46,136 bases of DNA from the NCBI RefSeq assembly GCF_018977255.1, contig NW_024705421.1:1-46136 (forward strand), given 5' to 3'. Shown one piece after another: positions 34,301 to 46,136 of the stretch. Every line of letters begins with the position of its first letter. Position 1 is the first letter of the stretch. This stretch comes from Callorhinchus milii. Taxonomy: Eukaryota. The position numbers and the translations under genes were made by a program. The notes beneath the pieces are model-generated. The model was not told the origin of the DNA, made no database searches, and saw only the letters and a program-made list of their open reading frames with translations.

Positions 34301-37300
34301 GACGGCTTGTAGATGCCTCTTTCATATAGTGCAAGTCTGGGTAGTGGATGTTGAGGACGCCCTCCCCGAAAGGTGTGCCGAGACGGCATCGTTGCCTTCT
34401 TGAGACACGGTCCCCAGTGCTCAGAAGAGAACGCGTACACGATCTTAGCGGTTGGATGGTCTAAGGCCGCACCTTGATGACTTATCTGAGGGGACCTCCG
34501 GACGGCCGCACGCCGAACACCTGGGACCCCCCAGTAGTGTCCGACTGAAAGTTGGACGAACCACATAAGAAAACAATTCGCGACCTGAAACGACTGTATC
34601 TAACCTCGGTCGCACTTTGCGCGATAACAAATGAGCGTCTCTGCACCCAGAGTAATCATTCCTCCCTAGTGTACAGGGAATGCCTCCTAACAATATCGTA
34701 TTTCAAGCAGGAATAGAGATCAGGCCTAAAATAGACCGGGGTAGGGATTCGATGATTTATTTCGACTGGCTCCTGTAGCAGGCTCATATGTTGGCCCACG
34801 AGAATTAAAGCACTGAAACAACGGTTCAAAAGTATAATCAGTCCTTGGCCAATTCCCCTTAGGAGTCGGGGACGGAGGAATCATACCTCGGTCTACGTGT
34901 TGTAATTCGTGGGTTGAATCGAAGTGAAGGCTGGAGGAGGACTAAATCTTAAACGAATAAGCTAGTAAGCACCAAGCTACAGGCCAATTTAATTTGCAAA
35001 CCCCATCGCGTTTTCCAGGGTTTGCGGCAATTATTGCTGCGAGCAATGCCGAACGTATCTGACTGGTTACCTTGCTCATCCAGATGTCGCACAATGCGTC
35101 GGGAAGACGAGGGTCCATTCGCTCCAACGGTCCATCAGGGCCAGAAAGATACGTCGAGCCACGCGATGGAGGGCCCGAAGTTGTGATGAGGATGTGGGAG
35201 AATGGCATTACTCCCCTGAACTATTAGCGCGGAGGAGCCGTAGTTAATCCCTATGACTTTTGTTACGGGCGCTAAGGTGATAGGACACTGGCTGCTGGTA
35301 CCAGTCCAGGAGGCCGGCTCGAGGCCTGAAGTATTGTTATGTGTAAATCAGCCCATGAAACATATCAAGCCTGTTAACCGCATATTACACTCCCAAACTG
35401 AAGATTCCGTATCCTCACTGGTTAGGAGTCGCAAGCTAAAGTCGTGAGAGCACGTTAAGGCAAAGTTAAAGAATGGACATGGGCGCAACAAGGCCTCTAG
35501 AGAGATACCCAAAACTAACCCTATTCTTGAAATTGTCGAGCGTCGCCCCAAGGACTATCCGTCGTAATTAGGTGAGCGAATAAAGTTGTACGTGACTCTC
35601 AGCCCACGAACGTTTGGCCAAAAGACAGAGTACCCAAGAGAATTGCCCCTACTATTCTTTCTTATGGGAGCCGACAAAGTGCGGCCACGGTCATGTTGTC
35701 CCAAAATGGCTGGTAAAATGTATTTTGGCCTTTAGGCGTACTCGCAGTTGAACATGTATCTGGTTCTGTGCTCTCACCGAAACACCCTCGCCCGTCAGTT
35801 GGTCCGCCCTCGTGTCATAGGTCCCCTGCGGTCCGGAGTTTTTCTGTAACAAGTCGAGGGCCAGTGATGAGCTGTGTGGCAACACAAGCACATACCAAGT
35901 CGAAAGACCTGTCTAGTATTGTCTGACATCTCCATCACTGCTTTTCTGAATGTCACTTGCGTATATCGACGAGCTTTGAGCTATGTTGGGCTTGGCCAGG
36001 CATGTGGCGTCGCTGGGAAGTTTCCTTCTGAAATTTGGTGCCGCTTGATGTAAGTAAGTGACCAAACGGAATTGGGTTTGACTATAATTCGTCAGCAGTC
36101 TCAAGCCGGAGTCTTACGCTCTCGGCCTAACCTGCGTCCGCAGATTGCATGCCGCATCCTTCGCTGCCTATGTAGTCTCGATACAAGTAGAGCAGAGCTA
36201 GATTCGCTATAGCCCAGGAAGCACCTCAGGGAACTGAGGGCACGCCCTGCCAATCCTGCAAACTATTACGGCGAGCCTGGTCGTGATGCGGGCTTGTTGT
36301 GTTCCGGTCTGCCATTGATGGTTCCCGTTCATTGACCGTTAGTCACGCAATTCGTGCTCCACTCAAGGCGGCATCCACGTTAATGTTTATAAACATTTGC
36401 GAATAAACAACCACATAAGACAATAGAAGGTAAGGTCTAGAAAAGTTTACTCGAGAGCCTTCTGCTTCCCGTTTTGTGAAACAAAAGTGCCATAAACTTG
36501 GTTGAGCGACGTCGTCCTCTCTACCAACGGTCTAAAAAGGACCTAGGCGACATCTTCCGCAGGCATTAAGAAGGCATCTAATGTCACTGCATCTATGGCC
36601 GCTGACTGGCTGTTGTAGGAAGCTTTCACCGTAACATCTTGGAGAGCAACTATAATCGCTTCAGCCTGTCTTTGAAGCCGCATGAGGAACTTACCCGACA
36701 TTTTGCTCGGTGGGTTCAGGCGGCCGATCTAGCTGTGGTGCATGAGGGGATTTCTAAGCTAAGCGTCAACACGAATCCTGTGGAAATACGATATTTCCGA
36801 CACTCACTACCCCCCAAACGTAAGAGGAGGCGCTAATGATCAACTCGTCGGCGGCATCATGTTTGCGGATCGTAGGTGGCCCAGACGATCGGGTGGTATG
36901 AATGGCGCCCTGCCAGATATCCTACCTCTGAATTACAGCATCCGCCACCTACCCCAATTTGGCATTTTCTTTAGAATCCACGCGACAGCTATTCCCTTGC
37001 TTGTACCGATTGTTCGATAATTGAAGGACATGTTACGTGAGTAGTCGCCTCAAGTTATTCTGCTTAGGTCACGTTCGTCGGAAAATTAATGCTATACATT
37101 CTCCATCCCCAGGTTTCACCTGGCGTCTTTCATTATCATACCTAGGAGCGCAAGCGTTGAGGACTCCAAGACCTCCCGAGGATGAAGGACTCGAGACCCG
37201 AGGGGATGGACGGTCTATGTACTTATTTGTGAAAGATTGTGCCTAAGAGGGGCACCAGGTAGACCTATGCGAACTTTCGGGCCAACCCCGATTTCTTGCA

Positions 37301-39450
37301 TGGCGGGCGCACGCGATGTCGACGCCCCCTGAGGATTATTTAGGGATTCATATGCACCATGTGAACCCTGTACATGAGATATTGCGGGCCGTCGCTTTTG
37401 CAGTATTCGTGTTAATCCACCTCGTTCCTGTATCTTTAGATTTATGTATACAAGTAGTGTCTAATTCCATCTGTAGTGTGTACCCCAATGGTCTTAAGGA
37501 AGGTGCTAGTTCCCTTGCCTGATCAACTCCGTACTCACATCCGAAGGGGTGTCAGATTCTAAGACCCTCCGTGGTGCGTTAGTCCTCTCACATTGCAATT
37601 GTGCTAGTCCTGAGGCAGGTGTCTCCAACATTTAGGGGACGCAGGTGGAAAGTTACTGAGGTTAGATCACTTCCTCGGTGCCAATTGCAACCGAGCCCAC
37701 CACCTGCTACTCGCTACCCCCCAGAGGTCTCTGCGCCCGAGGACGGGTTGGATTCGCCTAGTAGGTACCAAGTCCCCAGTGGGATCCCCCTAATACGAGT
37801 TGAAAACATGCCTAAGCTGAAGTTAAATTGGTGGTCCTCTGATAGACTCAACTGTATGACACAGGCTCCGTTGCGTGCTTACCCTCATAGCGTACACCTA
37901 TATGACAAGTGTCTCGTGCCACGTAACAAGACCAAGGCCTAGACGGTCGGGGCACCATGATTAATGCAAGACAAGTTATTTGAGCTACCGGCGCCTAGTA
38001 AGCTCGTAATATTTTTTATAATAAGGAAGAATTCCCTATCCAGACGAAACCATTTCAATAAGATGGCTATATTGGGGTCTTACAGAAATGCAGCGTATTC
38101 TGCCTGCATGCTTCTTTGGGGAAACTGCAGAGTTTACTAAGCCCAGCAGCGACAGAGCTTCGTGAACCAACTCTTCCTGCGAGGGTTGACAGGATAACAG
38201 TCGGTAGGACGTTGGTGGAGGTCTGGCAACCAAACCTCGAAAGTAACCATCGCTTGCTCTAAGCGAGGTTATCGCATTCGCCTCAGTAATCACTGTGGTC
38301 CTGATTGGGTAAGCGCTCCTTGGGAGCGGAGTGGTCGATGTGTAGGATGGACACAAACAGGCAAATACAGAACAAAGTAATAAATCGAATCAGTGCTCTC
38401 TGCTTCCGCACAATCGAATATGCTGACTTACAGGAGATAGCTAAGCCAGGTTGCCTGACCGTAAAAAAGCACAGCTGAGTAAAGACACATCGTAATTGAG
38501 TCAAAGGCGGCACAAGCTCGTCAGGAGTGTGAAGTCTGGGTTAAGAGAAATTCGTAGCCATAGCAGAACCCTATCATGACCGAGTACGATAAGACGATAG
38601 GAACTCATGTTAGATTTTTGGTACAGTACCCAAAACGCAATAGCATGGATAGGTTTTGTAGAGCATGAAATAATTTCCTCCCAAAGCTGGCGCCGTTCGA
38701 GGACGTAGCCCTCCCATTATCAAGTAAGTTGGAAATGGCTCGCAACTTTATAAGATGCGGAGTCCCGGGTGGTACATGCTTGCCTTAAAAGTATGAACAT
38801 GTCCCCGTGCCGTCTCGGTATAGCGTCACCAGAACCAGTTGATTGAGCTCTCCACATTGAGGAGCAGACACTCAAAAATGCAAGCTGCACTATGAATTTC
38901 TTACCGGTAGCTCTTCGGTAATGGTGTGATCTGAGATTTCACGTCGCGGACTCATCAACTACGGTACACAATTTGAACGTCCTATCGTGTTGCTAACGTC
39001 TCGGGCCTGACAGGTTTATGGTGCTGACATAGCCCGCCACACGTAACCTCAACGTGGTCAGTAAACTAGTATTCCTGAATCCTCGACCTAGTTATCGGGG
39101 ACCGGATCGTGATCTATCCGCGCAGGACGGATCAGAAAGCCAGTGTCCTGCATGGGTTACGAACGACAATTGAACACTCGCAGGTTCGACACGATAGCGG
39201 ACTATCTTAGTCTATTAATCAGATTCTTCATCCCTGCCTAGTGCGGGCCCTGCCTCGCATGCCTTGATAAGGTCGCCCCTCGATCGGTATGGCCAGAACA
39301 AATGTTCACCTGGTTGAGGCACCACGGTCTGCTACTGCGATGCCGCTCGGTCTTCCTGTGACCCTCATTCGCGGCTTATACTAGGGTGGGTGTCGCCCAC
39401 AGGATTTGAGACAAGTCGATATAAGCAGCGCCGCGGTCATTGTTTGAGCA
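31317..39450. other. Featureless random-like block, probable artefact
   Basis: Roughly even base use, frequent CpG, no repeats, no low-complexity tracts; longest ORF 113 aa. Right edge approximate. Confidence 0.75.
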
Positions 39451-39989
39451 TCTTAATGCCTCTTACCGACATTTATATATTTACGTGATCTTACCCAAAA
39501 AAAACCTGTATTATGTAAAAATAGATTTATTTTCCCCCTTTCTTTTTGGTTAGTTTCAAATCTCTAACGCCTTTCAAATTGTTCTGATGTACAGTGCTAC
39601 ATTTCAAATTACTATCATGTTTGCAACGGGTTGTATTGCTTCTTCCAGAAATCTACTTTCCCGAGTGGTTGTGCATTTGTCGCTTGTTTCAGAGGTTCGC
39701 GATTCAAGCACAGGGGTCGCCCTAGTTAATACTGCGGGTGTATTAACCAAAACTGCATTTCCATATGTTTCACAAATAATGTAAAACAAAAAATCCCGTG
39801 ATATGATTCATAAATGAGGAGGACATGGTGCCGGCGTCACCATCGAAATTTGCAAATCTCAGAAATTACTGGATTGGGTAAAACCACATTTATGTATGGT
39901 GAACTTCTTTCGCAGTGTACGTAACCAACCATGCTAATCAGAGGTGTGGAGAAGGACAACACACTGAACACAAAAAGCAGTTCTAAAGA

Positions 39990-40130
39990 AATTAGTTTTC
40001 AATCTATATTTAAAAGTGGCTTCCTAATATCGGAAGGAAGAGCATTCCAGTTGGCCGCAGAAGCGCGTCTGAAAGCGAGTGATGCGGTGACTGTCTTTGT
40101 TAGATGGCTCGCCAAAAGCCGCTGCTGCTA
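39990..40130 (-). mobile_element. L2/CR1-type LINE ORF2 3' fragment
   Basis: Minus strand translates AFRRASAANWNALPSDIR, like the 'AFS.AAP..WN.LP..IR' LINE C-terminal motif. Confidence 0.55.
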
Positions 40131-40292
40131 GGATGATCCACCAACCCCATCTCTCGATTGCAATCGTGCATTGCCAGCACACCGTGCATTCGCCGTTGAA
40201 CCACTCGTCCATCACGTGTTCCATCATCACAACTACAGCATTGCGCTGCACCTGTGGCCACCACGGTTGCTCACTTTGCTTTGCTTGTTTAG

Positions 40293-43200
40293 GTGATCGG
40301 CAAGGCCAGGAAGGCGAGTGGGAGGCGTTGGACCGTTATCTGGCTCGCATCGAGTGCGACATCAAGCAGGAGGTGGAGGGCCGGCTACACAAGATCAAGA
40401 AACACCTGTTGGAGTCGTTCCCCTTGCCAGGGACGAGCGCCGATCTTCGCCGACAGTTCACGACACAGCCGGCGGCCGAGATGGTGCTGCAGGTCTTCCA
40501 GAACGCCGAGGACATCTTTGTGAATAAGCTGAAGAAGGTGGGGGCCATGGCGTCTGGACTTAATGCAACAAAATTACCGTGCGAGAAAATTCATGCATCT
40601 GCTTAGATTTGTCAAAGATTTTCCACAATACATTTGTCCTCGGAATTATTGAATGAGTGATAATCGCCATACGTTTCAAGTCTGTGGATACTTCCACCAG
40701 TATCAAAAGACTTGCTCTACCACTGAATTAACACTCTCCTCTATAAGATTTAGGGTCATCGCTTTTACAAAATTCAGTCACACGTTGAGACAAAAGTAAG
40801 AGTGGGCATTGAAATCGGTCGGACATCTATGCATGTTTCACCCTCTATTTGTCCCAAGAGTGCGAAATGGCTGCACGTGGTTTGGCTCCTTTGTTGTCTC
40901 CACCGACAGTGTGTGCAGGACTTCCTGGGGCAGGTGAAAGGGGACACGCTGGCCCGGAAGCTGTTTCAGTTGGCTCTGTGCTGTGGCTCGCTCGAGACTC
41001 CTCGCGACCTCGTGGTCAAGGAGAAACCGGCCGCGTTTCTCGGCAACAGCAATCCCTACACCAGACCGCCGTGTCCTCCGGAGAGTAAGGTGACAAATTT
41101 GCATTTACAGTAGACTCTCGATTATCCGCGCTAATGACGGGGAGGATGGCTGCGGATGATTAAAAATCTCGGATGATCCAAAAATATCTATTTTCTGCGG
41201 ATCTCTATGCCAAAAACTAACGTTCAACCGATTGATGCACGTGCTTGGTGATCAAACTTTCCTGCTAATTTGACCAGAGTGGGATGGAATGTGCTTCCCT
41301 TTACTGTGTGGACCAGAGGTCACTAGAAGCGATGTCAGAGGTAGCTTTGTGATGTTCTCTTCTGTGGGCCATTCTCCAATACGACGGGTTCCGCTGCTCT
41401 GTGAGAGATCCGAGTGGATCCTCCGTCTCATGACACGATATCGAAAGCACAATCTGAATAAAATGTAGTTTCTTGTATTGTACATAAGGGGTCAGACCAC
41501 GGAGGACCTTCAGAATGCTGAGTGTGAACTTGAAATTTATTCTGGACTGGTTCGGGGGATAGTTGAACAATTGGAATATTGGGTGAGTGAGATGTCTGCC
41601 AGCGTTTTTTTGAGTCCATAATCGAGATTTTTGGGTTAGATCATGTAAATATGCACTCAATAATACGCGTAAATATGCACTATTTATTCGACCTAATCCA
41701 AAAATCTCTATTGCGGCTAATATTGGTCGCGAAGGCCTTCGTGTTAAACTTGTTTTTTTTAGTCTTCTGGAATCTGGCGATGAAACGTATCGGGGAGTCG
41801 TAGATGAGACGTGGGGGTGGGGGGGCGGAGAGAGAGTTGCAATTGTCGAGCCTATTGGAGCGAGTTACAACATCGTTGTCCTCTCTACAATGGCATTGCT
41901 CCTCTCCTTCACAGAGGCGGTAGCCGAGCAGCTGGTCCGTCTGCTGAGCCACGCAAGTTACGATGGCAGAGCTCCTGGGCCTGCCCGCGCTGTCACGCGT
42001 GGAGAAGCAGCTTGCCGAGCACTTTGACTCGTGCGACCTCCCCAGCCTGGGCCTCGGCTCCTTCTTGGACATCCTCCAGGTGCGTACGTGACATGCGTGA
42101 GCCCACTCGCCTCCAGCTGGTAAGAGACAGTACAGCAAGTAGGTGTGCGACACTGCCCGTGCAAGGTTTGAGTGTACTTCCCGCCTCTGAGTGGCGCGCA
42201 AACTTAAGTTCACTTCCGAAATTGTGCGCAATAATATTAGTTTATTATTATGAACTTAAAACTCAGTTGTCGATAACTCAAATACGTTTGAGTGTTATTT
42301 GTGCTTATGTAATCACTGCCAATGCAGAGCACAACAAATTATCACGTAAGATACATGGGTTTTCTCTTGTCACTCTTAAAAAATGTACGTGAATTTGGCA
42401 AACATCCCAAAAGTAGAGAAAAAAACACCTTTAAAAGTGAGTGTACAAAAGTGACATTAAGGAAAAAATGTTCATAACACTATATATGCAAAGTGGCCGG
42501 GTGCCTCAGAGATCAAAGCGGACGTTGTCAATAATGAGGTTCTGGGCTTGAATCTGGATTTTGACCGCTTGGGATTAAACCGAGTTTTCAAGTCTAGCAA
42601 GTTGATCGTCTCAGCCCCGTCAGCAGTGACTGCACAAAACATCAATCTTATTAAACTTGCGTTTTGCACTTCATTTTCTTATTTCCAGCTCTGAGAATAA
42701 CAATTTCAGCTTGACTCTCGTGCGCCGCACAATCTCATAGCACAGCTAATGTGAAAGCGTTGGCTCCTGTTGTGTAAAAGATAAAAGGCCACCCACAGCA
42801 TTTAAATGACACACGGGCTGCATGGCTATGCGAGATTTACGAATGGATTATTCGTCTCTTGACAAACGCCGATAGCACATTTGGAAGAAAAAATTGAGAA
42901 TGAATTTTGTTTTAATATGCAAACTTAAATCTCTAATATTTTATTAGTTTTCGTGCACTGCATTGTGAGAAGCAGCTCCATGCGTATCGTTCAGTTTTAA
43001 GCCGGTGTTTGCCTTGCGATCGCCTCGGTGTCAACCAACCGATGTTGACGGATTTGTTGTGTCTGTGGCAGCTGTTGGAGGAGACTGGGGTTGTGATCTC
43101 TGCCCTGGGCGGATCTGGAGCCACGGCGGGAAGCTTCTGCCCCAAGCGCGACGAGCTGCTGGAGTTCATCCGCCAGTGCGGCAGCCTCGACACCGCAGCG
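40293..43200 (+). pseudogene. NO VEIN-like gene fragment, four exons (40293-40537, 40910-41084, 41915-42079, 43072-43200)
   Basis: Canonical AG/GT sites with compatible phases and GC-rich codons. Peptides ARKLFQLALCCGSL, LSRVEKQLAEHF...LGLGSFLDIL and ELLEFIRQCG resemble animal NO VEIN-like proteins (from recall). A frameshift is needed near 41968. Confidence 0.6.
41250..41660 (-). mobile_element. Possible LINE remnant with an RNase H-like motif, intronic
   Basis: HIPSHSG resembles the W[IV]PSH.G RNase H motif of I-group LINEs; very degenerate. Confidence 0.3.
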
Positions 43201-44899
43201 GTGAGACGCGGGCCACTGCAGGGCCCACCGGGGCGGCTCGGAGATGGGGATAAGGATTTGTAGATATAGGGCGCTCGCTGAAATAAACTCGGCAACTCAA
43301 AGCGCCGTACAGCAACGTCTCATCTCAACATTCCATTGCCCTGCGGCAGTCTCGCCTCCCCAATGGCAGCTGTTCCTGTTTGGCACGTGGTGCGTGCACT
43401 AGCGGCCTGTGAATGGACATGTCTGCCAGTAGGGAGCGATGTTCGATTTTCCTACCTGGTTTTTCCCGATAAAGTAATTTGCAAGTATTTTATCGGATTT
43501 GGCAAATCTGGAACATGATGTAGTTACACGTGGCCAATTAATTTTTTAAATACAGTGTCATGGGATTATTATCCTACATTGTGAAACAGACCACTTTGTT
43601 TATGGTGAATAAACTGGCTAAATTAACCAGGGTGTATGCTGGGCTTGAACCGAGAACTACCACTCGGCCATGTTTCCATAACTTCGTGCAGTCACATTAA
43701 CGCTGTTCACGTCGTACGCAATGGACACTTTATTACTAGCATCACATCTGGCCCTGTTTGGCCCCTAGACCATTTTGAGAAGTCTTGTAAGGGCGGCGTA
43801 TTACAGTTTGATTTTATATCGTCACGGCAAATATCCAATGGAAAACCACCCATTCCTGGAGGGCCTTCGCGCTGACACGGATCGGATGCGCCAGCGGAAA
43901 AGGGCTGCTAGCAACTCGGCCGCCTCCAAATGAAAGAGAGAGGGTTCCAGGTCTCAGTTGTTTGCTGTCTGCTCTGCAGCTGCCGGCTGTGGACTGCGTT
44001 GTGGGGCAACACTAATAAGTTCCTACTGCAACCTTTTCACGGCCCCGTGACCAACCTTTATGAAACTGGCGCAGAAAGCCAAGCCCGGTGGCGGCAGCGG
44101 CGGTGCCCATCGGTGCGCTGTATTGTACGAGACGGCGCTGTGTGCTCGCGAATCGAGGTTTTGCAGCCCCTCCTAAGTGCCCCCCTCCTCACCCCTCTGG
44201 TCACCTCGTGATCTGCCTGACCGCCACGGGTCGCTCCTCAAAATTGTTGGGAGTTGGCGACAGACACTTGGGGTTCTTTAATTTTTCACATCAAAGGGTC
44301 AGTGAGCATCACCAATATGCCATCGGGGAGCCAATCTGAAGATTGTGTGTGTAACACCCCTCTGGCAGTCCACTGCCTGATGAAGGTCTTGCCACGTTGT
44401 TTTGGTCATGGGGGTTGTTGCACCAAACTTCACCATGCTTGGTGAAGGGGGCGGGGATTAGGCTCAGGACTGGTTCAGATATCAGTCACCACTGACGTTA
44501 GCCATGGCCCGATACACCTGTACTTTGGTGTTGAGCGTTAACATAACAATTAACACTTAACATGACGACTTAAGGTGGTAGCCACCTTTCATAACTTAAC
44601 TAATACACGAGGATATTACATTACTGGACCAGGACAGCCCGACATGCTGCCTGGTCCACTAACGGAGACCGGAGAGCTTCATCCCAGAGATGACCCAGCA
44701 GCATAGCAGAACAGCGCAGACCAGCCCAGCTCTCCGTCCACACACCGCTTATAACCACTCCGGCGTGGCCAGTGGTCGTTCTACAACACTACACTTAGTG
44801 TCCATTGTGTGTACTAAAATAGCTGTACCAACGGTAATTTGATTATTCACTTCCATGCAGCATGACGTCAATAGCTATCCAAACGATTACAATGATACA

Positions 44900-45290
44900 T
44901 TTCGATTTAAAGTTTTCGTGACTGCAGGGTTCTTTCGGTAAAGTCACGTAGAAGGGAAATAAAATAGTACAATTTTACGTAATAAAATAAAATTATATCG
45001 ACGTTTCGGCCACAACACAAGCAGCCGTCCTCAGGTGAAGGACAGAGCTGTCGGAAAAACAGCGTCCTAATGAACACTGCTAAGCTTGGCAGCGTATTTT
45101 AAGCTAGGTGGAGGAGCAGAGTGCCTTGACAAAGGAGTTTACATATAACAGAGGAATTTAGCATATTGACGCTAAAGAACTGCAACTACCCTACGACCAT
45201 ATTTCATATTTATTTGGTGTTCTTTTAGTCTCGTGCTAATCATTCGTCCTGTTTGCCCAACATAATAGAACAGCAAAGACATTCAATAGT
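44900..45290 (-). mobile_element. PLE fragment (EN piece + HHR pLTR) truncating the zinc-finger paralog
   Basis: YYVGQTGRMISTRLKEHQ at ~45205-45270; 45120-45170 matches 880-923; tail has an internal deletion. Confidence 0.8.
44995..45040 (-). ncRNA. Hammerhead ribozyme, core intact, stem I weakened
   Basis: cttcac-CTGAGGA-c-ggctgc-ttgtgtt-gtggcc-GAAAC-GTC-gatat. Confidence 0.72.
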
Positions 45291-45291
45291 C

Positions 45292-46047
45292 CCTTTCGTG
45301 GGTTTCCATATGCTTCTGAATTTGCCTGGCTGATTAAAGTTTCGTCCGCAGATGCCACACCATTGGTCAGGGGTCTCCTTGTGCGTTCTCATGTGGGACT
45401 CTAGGCATGATGGCAGTTGAAACGCTTTCCCACAGACTTGGCAAGAGATTTGTTTTCTCACTCTAGTGACTATCGGAGTGAGGTGGAGTCGAGACCGGTG
45501 CTGGCGAGGCGTGGCATTTACAGCGTGTGCCTTCGTTCCATGTGCGGTTGCTGTGATAGCAATAACTTCGTTGCACGCAGGTGCGCCTTTGCAGAAAGTG
45601 CCATTGTCTGCAACTCTGCCTCCTCACCACCAGGACTCGACAAGCTGCCAGTTGGAATGTTTTCCTGCAGACGTCGCAAGAGATTCGTTTTCTCACTCTA
45701 GTGACTCTATCGGAGTGAGATGGGGTCGAGACGGTTGCTGGTGAAGTGCCATCGATGGTAAAGGAAATTCTTCCAGCACCATGACTCACAGCCGAGTTGC
45801 TGGCTGATCAAATCTTCGTCCGCATATGCCACACCATTGGTCATGGGTCTCCTTGTGCGTTTTCACGTGGGATTCTAGGCACCATGCCAGTTGGAATTTT
45901 TTCCCACAAATGTCACAAGAGATTCGTTTTTCCCTCTATAACTCTATCGGATTGAGGTGGGGTTAAGATGGGTGCTGGTGAAGCGCCATCGATGGTAAAG
46001 GAAATTCTTCCAGCACCATGACTCACAGCCGAGTTGCTCTCGGACAT
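45292..46047 (-). pseudogene. Diverged C2H2 zinc-finger paralog with internal triplication and frameshifts
   Basis: Same acceptor tttcag|ATG at 46047. The ISC..CGK.FQL segment occurs three times and SHGAGRISFTIDG twice; indels break the frame. Confidence 0.8.
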
Positions 46048-46136
46048 CTGAAACAAAAGACAAAGGTCAAGCGCATTACACCTGTGTCATATGTGGACTC
46101 ACAAATACATACATATGTAACGGCGTAAGTAGCGCA

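Noticed and set aside
31317..39450. Short ORFs and isolated CTGATGA/CTGAGGA words in the random-like block
   Set aside because: Chance-length ORFs with no recognisable domains; no matching GAAAC or stems for a hammerhead.
41680..42392. 183-aa and 193-aa overlapping ORFs
   Set aside because: Shadow frames over a GC-rich exon plus intron sequence.
44529..44788. tgttg...caaca segment resembling a short solo LTR
   Set aside because: No TSD, PBS or PPT and no second copy in the window.

Overview
Repeat-rich animal genomic DNA; GC-rich coding exons and a vertebrate-like FN3KRP fragment are seen, but the taxon cannot be fixed from this window. Bases 1-31286 are a recent, near-identical tandem duplication: unit 1 runs <1-16288, unit 2 runs 16289-~29000 with a ~2.0 kb deletion, and partial third pieces follow. 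Each unit is a mosaic of Penelope-like retroelement (PLE) pieces, solo LTRs, DNA-transposon pieces, orphan exon-1 fragments of a fructosamine/ketosamine-3-kinase gene, and a spliced C2H2 zinc-finger gene (frameshifted in unit 1, intact in unit 2). At least 11 minimal type I hammerhead ribozyme (HHR) motifs sit in PLE pseudo-LTRs, 7 with intact cores. The most striking object is a 143-bp HHR cassette with a perfect 12-bp TSD that inserted between the RT and GIY-YIG domains of a PLE, giving RT a stop codon and the endonuclease a new in-frame ATG. After a 30-N gap, ~8.1 kb (31317-~39450) looks random and is probably not biological sequence. The right end holds four exons of a NO VEIN-like gene with apparent frameshifts, another HHR pLTR and a degenerate minus-strand zinc-finger paralog. 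All calls are by eye; no searches were run.
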